NCBI GenBank assembly: GCA_964590515.1
Contig: CAZPZD010000009.1
Coordinates: 1-48,944 of the forward strand
Direction of reading: 5' to 3'
Source: an uncultured Anaerolineaceae bacterium
GTDB taxonomy: Bacteria; Chloroflexota; Anaerolineae; Anaerolineales; E44-bin32
Length of the DNA: 48,944 nt
Both the position numbers and the translations under genes were made by a program. This document shows positions 8,355 to 17,434 of the stretch, one piece after another. The notes under the pieces were generated by a model. That model was not told the origin of the DNA. It did not search any database and worked only from the letters and a program-made list of their open reading frames with translations. Positions within the stretch are counted from its first letter, which is position 1. Every line of letters starts with the position of its first letter.

Positions 8355-8744
8355 CTACCCCTGGGGCCGACCGCGCTGGTCCCACTCCTCCAAAACATAG
8401 CCGATCGTCTCGGCCACCTGTTCCGGGCGGAATCCTAGCCGCGCCGCCTCTCGGGCGAAGCCTCGGGCCAGCCGTTCGAGCTGAGACCGGCGGGGACGAG
8501 TCGCCGACCGGCGACCCAGCACGTAGGTCCCGCGGCCGTGCTGGGTAGAGATGACCCCTTGCTCATCCAAGAGCCGATAGGCGCGGGCGACGGTATTGAA
8601 ATTCACCCCGAGCTCGGCCGCCAGCTGGCGGACCGTGGGGAGCTGCTGCCCTGGCGCCAGCTCACCGGAGCCCAGCCGATCTTGAATCTGATTCACGATC
8701 TGCCGGTAGATCGGCTCCTTGCTCCGGAAGTCAAGCGCGACCAC
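8355..8744 (-). CDS. GntR-family regulator, YtrA subfamily
   Basis: PIYRQI...LPTVRQLAAELGVNFNTVARAYRLL...GRGTYV, short C-terminal helix, upstream of ABC genes. Confidence 0.92.
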   Translation of the reverse strand: MVALDFRSKEPIYRQIVNQIQDRLGSGELAPGQQLPTVRQLAAELGVNFNTVARAYRLLDEQGVISTQHGRGTYVLGRRSATRPRRSQLERLARGFAREAARLGFRPEQVAETIGYVLEEWDQRGRPQG

Positions 8745-8889
8745 GCTTCATCCCCTCACCACATCCTTATGCGATCACTTGCTCCGATTATTTCCTTGGA
8801 ACTCATAACCAACCTGCAACCTGAGCAGGAGCGGCGACCCCTTGGCAATCTGAGTTGAACCAGGGCACCTCCGTTGTCTAATTGATTGA

Positions 8890-8921
8890 TTGTAGGATTG
8901 TATCTGTGTATCATTGTACCA
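8890..8921 (-). promoter_or_regulatory. AT-rich promoter/operator with four 8-bp tandem TGTA repeats
   Basis: TTGTAGGA TTGTATCT GTGTATCA TTGTACCA on the plus strand; contains TACAAT -10 elements on the minus strand. Confidence 0.5.
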
Positions 8922-8923
8922 AT

Positions 8924-9958
8924 TCATCTCGAGGACTCCAATAGCCGGGCGATCTCGTCTCGTTCCGGCTTCGGAGCAAGCCCGACGCCGCCCGCCGATC
9001 GCAGTCTCACCTCCGCGCCGGCCCGCGAAATCACTTGCCCGATCGCGCTCACCAGGATGCCCTGTGCGTTCAGCGCCTGCTCTATGGCCGATTGCCGATC
9101 GGGGGGAGCCGTTAAAAGGAACGCTCCCGAGGCAATCGAGGCGAGCGGGTCCAGCCCAAAGGCCTCGCACAGTGCCTGCCCCTCGGGCAGGATCGGGATC
9201 GCTTCCCGATCGACTTCCAGCCCGCACCCGGAAGCTTCCGCCAGCTCCCATAGGCCAGCGAGCAGTCCGCCCTCGGTTAGATCGTGCATCGCATGGACCG
9301 GGCCAGCAGGCCGCGCCAGGCGAGCCGCCCGCACGACGCTGATGCCCGGATCGAACAGGAATTTCCGGCAGCGCTCCAGGAATTGTGGCTCGAAGCGCCC
9401 TTCCAGCTCGTCGGCCTTCTCCCGGGCGAGGATCGCAGTGGCCTCGATCGGGATCCCTCCGACCAGCAGCAGCCCGTCCCCGGCCTGCGCGCCGGCCGCC
9501 GTGACCAGGCCCTCCTTCGCCACTTCCCCCAGCATGCAGCCGACGACGATTGGTCGGTCGATTCCGTGGCTGATCTCAGTGTGGCCTCCAACGAGCGAAA
9601 CCTCCAGAAATTGGCACGCCTCCCCGATCTGCTTGAAGATCATCCCCGCAAGTCCCCGATCGGTCTTGCCTTCCGGGAGTAGCAGGCTGGCCAGGAACCA
9701 GCGCGGTTCTGCACCCATACAGGCCACGTCGTTAGCGTTAACGTGCACGGCATACCAGCCAACCCAATCTGAGGCGAAGGTAATCGGATCGGTTTTCGCC
9801 ACCAGGTAGCGGTCGCCCAGATCAATCACCGCCGCGTCCAGTCCAATGCCTGGCCCCACCCGGACCCGCGGGTCGGTCGAGCCGAGGCCGGCCAACAGCT
9901 CGCGCAAGACCGGGTTGGGGATCTTTCCCAGCGGGAACGGTTCGGAGGGTCGGGCCAC
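8924..9958 (-). CDS. AIR synthase (PurM)-superfamily protein, HypE/ThiL-like
   Basis: GPGIGLDAAV, KTDPIT, VNANDVACMGAEP, VGGHTE, HAMHDLTEGGL, DPLASIASG. Confidence 0.88.
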   Translation of the reverse strand: MARPSEPFPLGKIPNPVLRELLAGLGSTDPRVRVGPGIGLDAAVIDLGDRYLVAKTDPITFASDWVGWYAVHVNANDVACMGAEPRWFLASLLLPEGKTDRGLAGMIFKQIGEACQFLEVSLVGGHTEISHGIDRPIVVGCMLGEVAKEGLVTAAGAQAGDGLLLVGGIPIEATAILAREKADELEGRFEPQFLERCRKFLFDPGISVVRAARLARPAGPVHAMHDLTEGGLLAGLWELAEASGCGLEVDREAIPILPEGQALCEAFGLDPLASIASGAFLLTAPPDRQSAIEQALNAQGILVSAIGQVISRAGAEVRLRSAGGVGLAPKPERDEIARLLESSR

Positions 9959-9964
9959 AAGGAC

Positions 9965-10765
9965 CTACGAGAGCAGGCGGAGCGGATCCGCGCCGAAACC
10001 GAAGCGAAAATACAGGAACAGGATCGCACCCGCTCCGAGGCCAATCAACAGTAGAAGCAGCCAGTCGACCGGGCCGAAAGCGAGGTCCACCCGATAGCTA
10101 CGCCGTACTCCGGGCGCGCCGAAGGCCCGAGCCTCCAAAGCGCGGGCCACGTTCTCGCTCGCCCGCAGCGAACTGACCATCAGAGCGATCAGCCCTGGCA
10201 CCAGCGCTCGAACCCGGCCCAGGCCTCGGGTGTGTTCCAGGTCCAATCCACGGGCGCGTTGGGCTTGAACGATCGTGGTGTAGTTCTCACGGATGGTCGG
10301 GATGAATCTCAACGCCAGCCCGATCGACAGTCCCCACGGGTAAGGAAGCCCAAGCTTGACCAGCCCCCGGACGATGCTCTGGCCCTCCGTCGTGTACAGC
10401 CACAAGAAGATGACCAGCGCCATTCCCAGCAGCCGCAGACCCAGGGTTGCTCCCTGCGCCATCCCTCCGCCGGTGATTTGGAGTGGACCGAAGGCGACCA
10501 GCGCTGGGCCTGCTGGGTAAAACAGCGCCCGCAGCGCCGCCAACAGGAGACTTACCGGCAGCACAGTCCGCCCAACTCGCCAGAAAGTGCTCGCAGCGAG
10601 ATCGGCCGACCAGTAGAGCGCGGCCAGGCCGAGCACGGCGGCAACGAATATCAGCGGGTGCTGCAATAGAAGCAGCAGCAGCATCGCAGTGACCACGGTG
10701 GCCAGCTTCACTCGCGGGTCCGCCCGATGGACCCAGCTTTCTCCCGGCTGATAGAACTCAACCAA
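9965..10765 (-). CDS. ecfT: ECF transporter transmembrane component T
   Basis: SWVHRADPRVKL, LRFIP, AQRARG and ALEARAF Arg motifs. Confidence 0.9.
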   Translation of the reverse strand: MVEFYQPGESWVHRADPRVKLATVVTAMLLLLLLQHPLIFVAAVLGLAALYWSADLAASTFWRVGRTVLPVSLLLAALRALFYPAGPALVAFGPLQITGGGMAQGATLGLRLLGMALVIFLWLYTTEGQSIVRGLVKLGLPYPWGLSIGLALRFIPTIRENYTTIVQAQRARGLDLEHTRGLGRVRALVPGLIALMVSSLRASENVARALEARAFGAPGVRRSYRVDLAFGPVDWLLLLLIGLGAGAILFLYFRFGFGADPLRLLS

Positions 10766-11597
10766 GGTCTTGCCTGTGCCGCGCTAGAAACGACTCACAC
10801 GCGGCGGTGACGGTCAGCCCCTCGATCTCCACGCCCGAGCTCGCTAGTCGTTGGACCAGCTCCACGATCGGAGGCGGTTCCAGGTGGGTCGACTGCAATA
10901 GATCTGATCGACGGAAGATCTCGGCTGGGGTTCCCGTTCCAACCATTCGGCCCTCGCTCATCACTGCAACTCGGGAAGCATAGCGGACCACCAGCCGCAT
11001 GTCGTGGGTGATCAAAATCACACTGTGGCCCTGCGTGTTGAGCTCGGCGAAGTAATCCATCAGTTGGGCGGCGCTCCCCCAGTGCAGGCCGGTGGTTGGC
11101 TCGTCCAAAACCCACACCGGCGGCTGCAGGGTGGCGACTGCCGCGATGCTCACCTTTCGCCGCAGGCCGAAACTGAGCGTTCCGGGACCGCGCTGCGCGA
11201 TCGACTGCAAGCCAAAGCTCTGCAGGCCACGCTGCACGTGATCCTCCACCTCCGCGGGGGTCGATCCAAGATAGCGCGGACCCAGGCCTAGCTCCTCCGC
11301 CACGCTCGGGCTAAAGAGTTGGTGATCGGGGTTTTGGAACACGTAGCCCACTTGCCGCGCCAGCCGGCCGGTCGAGAGTCCGGAGATGTCCTCTCCGTCC
11401 AGCCGGACTTGGCCGCGGGCCGGCCGCAGCAACCCATTCAGGTGCTTGGCCAGAGTCGACTTGCCGGAGCCATTCTGACCCACCAGCCCCAGAAACTCTC
11501 CCGGTTCGACGACCAGATCCGCCCCCCGCAAGGCCGGCCGGTCCGGCGGGTAGGCATACCAGAGATCGATCGCTTCCAGCCGAGGCGCCTGGATCAT
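10758..11597 (-). CDS. ecfA: ECF transporter ATPase
   Basis: GQNGSGKS, VFQNPDHQLF, LSFGLRRK, LDEPT, ITHD. Confidence 0.9.
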   Translation of the reverse strand: MIQAPRLEAIDLWYAYPPDRPALRGADLVVEPGEFLGLVGQNGSGKSTLAKHLNGLLRPARGQVRLDGEDISGLSTGRLARQVGYVFQNPDHQLFSPSVAEELGLGPRYLGSTPAEVEDHVQRGLQSFGLQSIAQRGPGTLSFGLRRKVSIAAVATLQPPVWVLDEPTTGLHWGSAAQLMDYFAELNTQGHSVILITHDMRLVVRYASRVAVMSEGRMVGTGTPAEIFRRSDLLQSTHLEPPPIVELVQRLASSGVEIEGLTVTAACESFLARHRQDLG

Positions 11598-12451
11598 GCC
11601 ACTTCAGCCTGACGCAGTGCCGCCACCGCCTGCTCAACATCGGTGAAGCGAAACACCGGGGCTCCGAGCTCCCGGTTCAAACAGTGCGCAAACTCGCTGA
11701 TCTCCGGCGGCCGCAGCCCCAGTTCGCCAAGCCGCTCGACCTGCTCGAAGACCTGGTTCGGATTCCCTTCCATCACAATCTGACCGTGGTCAAGCACCAG
11801 GACTCGGTCAGCGAACCCGGCCAGCGCTTCGCTGTCCTGAGTGATCAGTAGAATCGTGTGCTCCGACCGTAGGGTCCGAATTACCTCGAGCACTTCCGTC
11901 TTCCCGCGGGGATCCAGGCTGGCCGTGGGTTCGTCGAGCACCAAGATCCGCGGCTGCATGGCCAGAATGGCCGCAATGGCGACTCGCTGTTGCTCTCCGC
12001 CTGAAAGATGGGCCGGGGCGCGGTGCCGAAATTCGTTCAGCCCCGTCACGCGGAGCGCCCAGGTCACCCGCTGCTCGATCTCCGCCACCGGCAGGCCAAG
12101 GTTCTCCGGACCGAAGGCCAGCTCGGCCTCTACGGTCATCTGCAGAAACTGGGTCTCCGGATCTTGGAACACGATCCCGACCCGGGTCGCCAATTCCGCC
12201 ACCGGATTGCGCTTGCTGTCCAGGCCCTCGATGACTACCTCACCTCGAACCTGCCCGCCGGTGGACTGAGGCACACTTCCATTTAACGCCAGTGCCAGAG
12301 TGGACTTGCCTGCACCGGACGGCCCTATCAGCCCAACCACCTCCCCCATCCCCAGCTGCAGGTTCACCCCGCGCAGGACCCACTCCGGGGCGGCTCCGGC
12401 CAGTGCAGGATAGGCGTACCAGAGGTCGCGGACCTCAACCAGGGGCGTCAC
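11594..12451 (-). CDS. ecfA: ECF transporter ATPase
   Basis: GPSGAGKS, VFQDPETQ, LSGGEQQRVAIA, LDEPT; the H-loop reads ITQD. Confidence 0.9.
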   Translation of the reverse strand: MTPLVEVRDLWYAYPALAGAAPEWVLRGVNLQLGMGEVVGLIGPSGAGKSTLALALNGSVPQSTGGQVRGEVVIEGLDSKRNPVAELATRVGIVFQDPETQFLQMTVEAELAFGPENLGLPVAEIEQRVTWALRVTGLNEFRHRAPAHLSGGEQQRVAIAAILAMQPRILVLDEPTASLDPRGKTEVLEVIRTLRSEHTILLITQDSEALAGFADRVLVLDHGQIVMEGNPNQVFEQVERLGELGLRPPEISEFAHCLNRELGAPVFRFTDVEQAVAALRQAEVA

Positions 12452-12503
12452 AGAGCAATCTCACTTGGACGGCGGTAGGAGGGCTGCCGAATCCAGATCG
12501 AGG

Positions 12504-13025
12504 TCAGACCTCTTCAAACTTAGCGGCGGAACCCAACTGTTCAACCTGAGGGTAAGCCCGTCGGACAATCCGAAAGAGGATGAGACCAAACACGCCGAGG
12601 CCCACCTGGACCAAATTGCCGACCAACTCGGCCGTTGCGCCGGCTACGCCCACTCCGTAGACGGTCGCTTCTCCCACGAAGTACACCCCTACCTGGGCCA
12701 AGCCCCCGACGACCCAGCCGAGCAACATGCCACCCCAGCCCTTACGCCAGCCCAGCCAGCCCACCAGCAAACCGGTGCTCCCATGGGCGATCAGCGTCAG
12801 GGGTGCGAACGACACGAAGCCGCCGATGATATCGGCGACCGCAGCACCGACCCCGGCGGCTACCGCTCCAATGGCCGGCCCGAAAGCAATGGCGACGAAG
12901 GTTTCGGCGATCACCCCGGTGTGCCAGTATCCGGCAGTCGCCGCCACCGGGATTCGGATGGCCGATACCATCACCGCAACCAGCGCGATGCCTACCGCAG
13001 TGAGCGATACACGTCGGGCGCTCAA
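12504..13025 (-). CDS. ECF transporter substrate-binding S component
   Basis: About 173 aa hydrophobic protein with IRIPVAATAGYWH, AIAFGP, GAAVADIIGG and PLTLIAHG; TTG start after GAGGAGG. Confidence 0.85.
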   Translation of the reverse strand: MSARRVSLTAVGIALVAVMVSAIRIPVAATAGYWHTGVIAETFVAIAFGPAIGAVAAGVGAAVADIIGGFVSFAPLTLIAHGSTGLLVGWLGWRKGWGGMLLGWVVGGLAQVGVYFVGEATVYGVGVAGATAELVGNLVQVGLGVFGLILFRIVRRAYPQVEQLGSAAKFEEV

Positions 13026-13190
13026 CTTAGTTTCCTCCTCACGACCATCCAAATTGATTGTACCGCGGGCACTCTCCGCCCCCTTCCGCGCCTCCCATTG
13101 CGGCGGGCCCGCCCCAAAAAGTGGAAAAATGGCCTGCATGGTAGAATCCGCGACCTGGGCCGCGCAGCACGAATTGCAGCCCAAAACACG

Positions 13191-14132
13191 ATGATTCGGG
13201 AACTGGATTGGCGCGATCTGCCACTGCTCCACCGCGTGCGCGACCGCGGGATCTGTCCCGATTCGCAGCTGGCCTTCACCCGGGGCGCCAATGCCTTTCA
13301 GAATGCCCTGCTGGACGTGTTTATCCCTGGCCGGTCGGCAATCACTCTGGTAGCTCGAGAGGGTGATCACGATGCGGTCGGCCAGTGCATCCACCGCGGC
13401 GATTCGCCCGTAGCCCGCATTACGTTCCTGGGACCGATCGAATCCTTGCAGCACGACCTGGGCATGCAGCTGGTGGAGTCGCTTGCCTACACCGCCGGCG
13501 AGCATGGCGCCTTCAACCTGGTGGCCGATGTCGATGAGCACAGCTTTGCCTTCGAGCGCTTGCGCCAGGCCGGATTCGCGGTGTACGCCCGCCAGCGCAT
13601 CTGGCGCTTAGGCAACGACCGACAGGATCTCCCGGACGCGCGAGGCGCTGCCTGGCAGCTGGAGAGCTCTTCCGATGCCCTGGCTGCCCAAAGCCTCTAC
13701 CTTAATATCGTCCCCGGCCTGATCCAGCAGGTTGAGGCTGGACCTTCCAGCACCGGCCATAATCTGGTTCACTGGCGCGACAACGAACTTCTGGGATACC
13801 TGGACATCGAGCGCGGCTCGTTGGGGACCTGGGTGCAGCCCTTTTTCCATCCCGCCGCGGAGGACTTCTACCGGCTGATGGCAGATTTCCTGCATCAAAC
13901 CCCGGTCGATCGCCCGTTGTTTGTGTGCGTGCGGTCTTACCAGAGCTGGATGGGCCGGCCACTCGAGCGCTTGTGGTTCGAGCCGGAGGTCGACCAGGCC
14001 GTGCTGGTGAAGCGGCTAACAGCCCGAGTGCGCAAGCCGGTTAGGGGCCGACTGCGAAGGGTCGAGGGGACTTACCCGGAGCCCACCGCCCCGATTGCCA
14101 GGATCGAGGAGCCGGCCGGCGCTCCACGATGA
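13191..14132 (+). CDS. Hypothetical protein, possibly a degenerate tandem GNAT fold
   Basis: ATG 13191 downstream of TAGAAT (13142-13147); FERLRQAGFAVYARQ resembles GNAT motif B; stop overlaps the next start (ATGA). Confidence 0.6.
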   Translation: MIRELDWRDLPLLHRVRDRGICPDSQLAFTRGANAFQNALLDVFIPGRSAITLVAREGDHDAVGQCIHRGDSPVARITFLGPIESLQHDLGMQLVESLAYTAGEHGAFNLVADVDEHSFAFERLRQAGFAVYARQRIWRLGNDRQDLPDARGAAWQLESSSDALAAQSLYLNIVPGLIQQVEAGPSSTGHNLVHWRDNELLGYLDIERGSLGTWVQPFFHPAAEDFYRLMADFLHQTPVDRPLFVCVRSYQSWMGRPLERLWFEPEVDQAVLVKRLTARVRKPVRGRLRRVEGTYPEPTAPIARIEEPAGAPR

Positions 14133-15724
14133 CGGGCAAGCGGATCACCGACAACCTGGATGCCTTGCAGGGCGTCCTGCCCCTCCACATCAGTGACAAA
14201 CTAACCGAGATCAATCAGCCAGACGACTTGCTGGAAGTGATCCTGGACATCGGCCGGGTTCCAACCGCGCGTTACGTTAAAGAGGAGGTCAACCTCAGCG
14301 ACAAAGAGGTGACCTGGGATGACATCGATGCCGTCGTCGACCGGATCGGAGAGTTCGACGCCGATAACCGGGGCGGGATTGAGCGCACCCTGCACCGGAT
14401 CTCCGCCATCCGCAACCGCCACGATCGAATTGTCGGGTTGACCTGCCGGGTTGGCCGGGCGGTCTATGGAACGATCGATATCATCCAGGACCTGATCAGC
14501 AACGGGAAGAGCCTGCTGCTGCTTGGGCGACCGGGAGTCGGCAAGACCACGATGTTGCGGGAAGCGGCCCGGATCCTGGCCGAGGAGCGGCGGGTAGTGA
14601 TCGTGGACACCTCCAACGAGATCGCCGGCGACGGGGACGTGCCGCATCCGGCCATCGGGCGTGCCCGCCGAATGCAGGTTCAGAAGCCGAGCCTGCAGCA
14701 CGAAGTGATGATTGAGGCGGTCGAAAACCATAATCCCGAAGTGATCGTGATCGACGAGATCGGGCGGGAGCTGGAGGCGCTTGCCGCCCGCACGATCGCC
14801 GAACGCGGGGTCCAGCTCATTGGCACCGCTCACGGCAATACCCTCGAGAACCTGCTGCTCAACCCCACCCTCTCGGATCTGATCGGAGGGATCGAATCGG
14901 TCACCCTTGGAGACGAGGAGGCTCGCCGCCGCGGGACCCAGAAGACCGTCCTCGAGCGGCGCGCCGCGCCGACCTTCGATGTCTTGATCGAGATCCAAGA
15001 CCGGGAGCGGCTGGCGGTTCACCACGACGTGGCGGCCGCGGTGGATGCACTGCTGCGCGGCCGTCCGCTGCCGGCCGAATCCCGCTACCGAGATGAATCG
15101 GGCGAGATCAAGATCGAGAAGACCTCCGCTCTGCCCGGTTCCGATCGCCGGAGCCCAGCCGGCTACCGGCGGCAATCGGCCCTGCCCGGCGCCCACCCGG
15201 AAGAACCGGCCGAGCAGCCGTTCTCGCCAACCCCACTGCATCGACCCGGCGATCCACTGGACACGATCCGGATATACCCGCACGGGGTGGCCCGCAACCG
15301 GCTGCGGCAGGCCGCGAAACGACTGCATGTGCCGGCCCTTCAGGTGGACGATTTCACCCAGGCCGATGTCCTGGTCACTTTGCGCTCCTACTACCGCCGC
15401 CAGCACCGGTTCATCGCCGACGCCGAGGCGCGCCGGATGCCGATCTATGTCCTGCGGGCCAACACGGTCGGTCAGATGGAGAATTTCTTAGTCGAGCTCT
15501 TCAGCCTCGATCGCGAACCGGCCGGCGACCCTTCTGAGGACCAGGCCACCCAGGAGGCCCAAGAAGCGATCCAGGCCGTGCTGAATGGAGCCCGTTCGGT
15601 GGACCTCAAGCCGACCACGGCCTACGGCCGTCGGCTGCAGCACCAATTAGTCCGCCAGGCCAATCTGATCTCGCACTCCTATGGGCACGAGCCGCAGCGG
15701 CGGGTCCGGATCTTCCGCGATTGA
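14129..15724 (+). CDS. Ycf45/SpoIIIAA-like AAA+ ATPase with C-terminal R3H domain
   Basis: GIERTLHRISAIRNR, GRPGVGKT, DTSNEIAG, VIVIDEIG, GTAHG; R3H motif RRLQH and SYGHEPQRRV. Confidence 0.88.
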   Translation: MTGKRITDNLDALQGVLPLHISDKLTEINQPDDLLEVILDIGRVPTARYVKEEVNLSDKEVTWDDIDAVVDRIGEFDADNRGGIERTLHRISAIRNRHDRIVGLTCRVGRAVYGTIDIIQDLISNGKSLLLLGRPGVGKTTMLREAARILAEERRVVIVDTSNEIAGDGDVPHPAIGRARRMQVQKPSLQHEVMIEAVENHNPEVIVIDEIGRELEALAARTIAERGVQLIGTAHGNTLENLLLNPTLSDLIGGIESVTLGDEEARRRGTQKTVLERRAAPTFDVLIEIQDRERLAVHHDVAAAVDALLRGRPLPAESRYRDESGEIKIEKTSALPGSDRRSPAGYRRQSALPGAHPEEPAEQPFSPTPLHRPGDPLDTIRIYPHGVARNRLRQAAKRLHVPALQVDDFTQADVLVTLRSYYRRQHRFIADAEARRMPIYVLRANTVGQMENFLVELFSLDREPAGDPSEDQATQEAQEAIQAVLNGARSVDLKPTTAYGRRLQHQLVRQANLISHSYGHEPQRRVRIFRD

Positions 15725-16350
15725 GCTTTTTCACCACCATCGAGGGACCGGACGGAAGCGGCAAGTCCACCCAGGCCCGGCTGCTTGCCGATCACCTCGC
15801 CAGCCAGGGTTACGACGTCTTGTTCACCCGCGAACCCGGCGGGACCGAGATCGGCGACCAAATCCGCCGGGTGATCATGTCACTCGACAACAAGCGGATG
15901 AGTCCCCAGGCGGAGTTTCTGCTCTTCTCGGCCTCGCGAGCCCAGCTCGTTCGTGATGTCATTCAGCCTAAGTTGGCCGCAGGCGGGGTGGTAGTGTGCG
16001 ATCGCTTCTACGATTCCTCGCTGGCCTATCAGGGGTACGGCCACCAGTTGGATCTGGACCAGCTCCGCTCGGTCACCCAGTTCGTCACCGGTGGCCTGGT
16101 GCCGGACCTGACCCTGCTGCTTGATCTGCCGAGTGAGGAGGGGCTCAACCGTCGCAAAGAGGCGGGGTTGTGGAATCGATTGGATGATTACGATCTCGCC
16201 TTCCACGAACGGGTGCGGGCAGGCTACCTGCGGTTGGCGCAGGCCGAGCCCCAGCGCTGGGTCGTGATCGATGCGACTCGCTCCAAAGCTGAGATCCAAT
16301 CCGACATGCAGCAAGCCGTACTCTCCCGACTGGAATCCCGAGCTGGCTAA
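15721..16350 (+). CDS. tmk: Thymidylate kinase
   Basis: IEGPDGSGKSTQ, TREPGGT, CDRFYDSSLAYQGYG. Confidence 0.96.
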   Translation: MSFFTTIEGPDGSGKSTQARLLADHLASQGYDVLFTREPGGTEIGDQIRRVIMSLDNKRMSPQAEFLLFSASRAQLVRDVIQPKLAAGGVVVCDRFYDSSLAYQGYGHQLDLDQLRSVTQFVTGGLVPDLTLLLDLPSEEGLNRRKEAGLWNRLDDYDLAFHERVRAGYLRLAQAEPQRWVVIDATRSKAEIQSDMQQAVLSRLESRAG

Positions 16351-16395
16351 GCGCGGAAAGTTAACAGCCAGGGTCGCTAGGGTTCGGCGTCCGGC

Positions 16396-16785
16396 TCAGA
16401 AATCGAAGTCGTCGCCACCATTGTTACCACCCAGATCCGGCATGCTCTCCTCGATGTCTTCTGGGTCCTCGCCGGCCTCCAGCCGGTCGACCACCTCGTC
16501 GAACTCTCCCGGCATGTCCTCCCCTAGCTCGCTCCCCATCTTGCGCATCATGCGGGCCATCGAGCGCGGGTCGTTTTCGTCGACGTCGCCCCAGTCGCTC
16601 GGATCGGAGAGCTCGTCCAGGCGGGACTCTTCAGAACGGGCAATCCTCACCCGCCCGATCAGCCGCTGCAGCTCGGTGCTCCCGCAGTGCGGGCATTTAA
16701 CCTTCTTCCGCCCGTACTCGGCATAAGTCTGAAAGATCACCGATCGCTTCTTACAGCTCTGGCAGCGGTAGTCGTAACGCGGCAT
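16396..16785 (-). CDS. FmdB-family zinc-ribbon protein
   Basis: MPRYDYRCQSC...CPHCGS, acidic C-terminal half; GGAGG RBS. Confidence 0.85.
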   Translation of the reverse strand: MPRYDYRCQSCKKRSVIFQTYAEYGRKKVKCPHCGSTELQRLIGRVRIARSEESRLDELSDPSDWGDVDENDPRSMARMMRKMGSELGEDMPGEFDEVVDRLEAGEDPEDIEESMPDLGGNNGGDDFDF

Positions 16786-16828
16786 CGCGTCCTCCGGAGC
16801 TTCGGATTATACTCACCGCCCCCTTTCC

Positions 16829-17434
16829 ATGAGCGCGCCGTCCACGCCTCCGCTGCTGGTGGTCATCTCCGGCCCCTCCGGGGTAGGCAAAGACACGGTG
16901 GTCCATCACCTCAAGCAGCGCGGTCTGCCTTTCCACTTCGTGGTGACAGCTACTTCCCGACCCAAGCGGCCGGACGAAGTGCACGGAGTCGATTATTTCT
17001 TCTACAGCGAGCCGGAGTTTCTCGACCTGCTCGGACGAGGCGAGCTGCTTGAGCATGCCCTGGTCTACAACGAGCATAAAGGCGTTCCAAAGCAGCAGGT
17101 GCGGGACGCAATGGCCAGCGGACTGGACGTCGTCATGCGGGTCGATGTGCAGGGCGCCAAGACCATCAAACAGCTTGCCCCCGCGGCGGTCGCGATTTTC
17201 CTGATGGCCCGCGACGAGGCCGAGCTAGCCCGGCGACTGCGGATGCGGAAGACCGAGTCCGAAGAGCACCTGCAAACCCGGCTGCAGGCTGCCCGGGAGG
17301 AGCTCCACTACCTGGATCTTTTCGACTACAAGGTGGTGAACGCCGATTCGGAGGTGGAGGCGGCGGTCAGTACCATCCTGGCTATCATCGAGGCCGAACA
17401 CCACCGCACTCATCCGCGGCAGGTGAGGTTGTGA
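16829..17434 (+). CDS. gmk: Guanylate kinase
   Basis: SGPSGVGKD, TSRPKRPDEVHGVDYFF, LLEHA, DVQGA. Confidence 0.95.
   Translation: MSAPSTPPLLVVISGPSGVGKDTVVHHLKQRGLPFHFVVTATSRPKRPDEVHGVDYFFYSEPEFLDLLGRGELLEHALVYNEHKGVPKQQVRDAMASGLDVVMRVDVQGAKTIKQLAPAAVAIFLMARDEAELARRLRMRKTESEEHLQTRLQAAREELHYLDLFDYKVVNADSEVEAAVSTILAIIEAEHHRTHPRQVRL

Noticed and set aside
12465-13541. Extended N-termini of the 555-aa and 345-aa ORFs implying long overlapping genes
   Set aside because: Better starts at 13191 (+) and 13025 (-) give two non-overlapping divergent genes with promoter and RBS signals.
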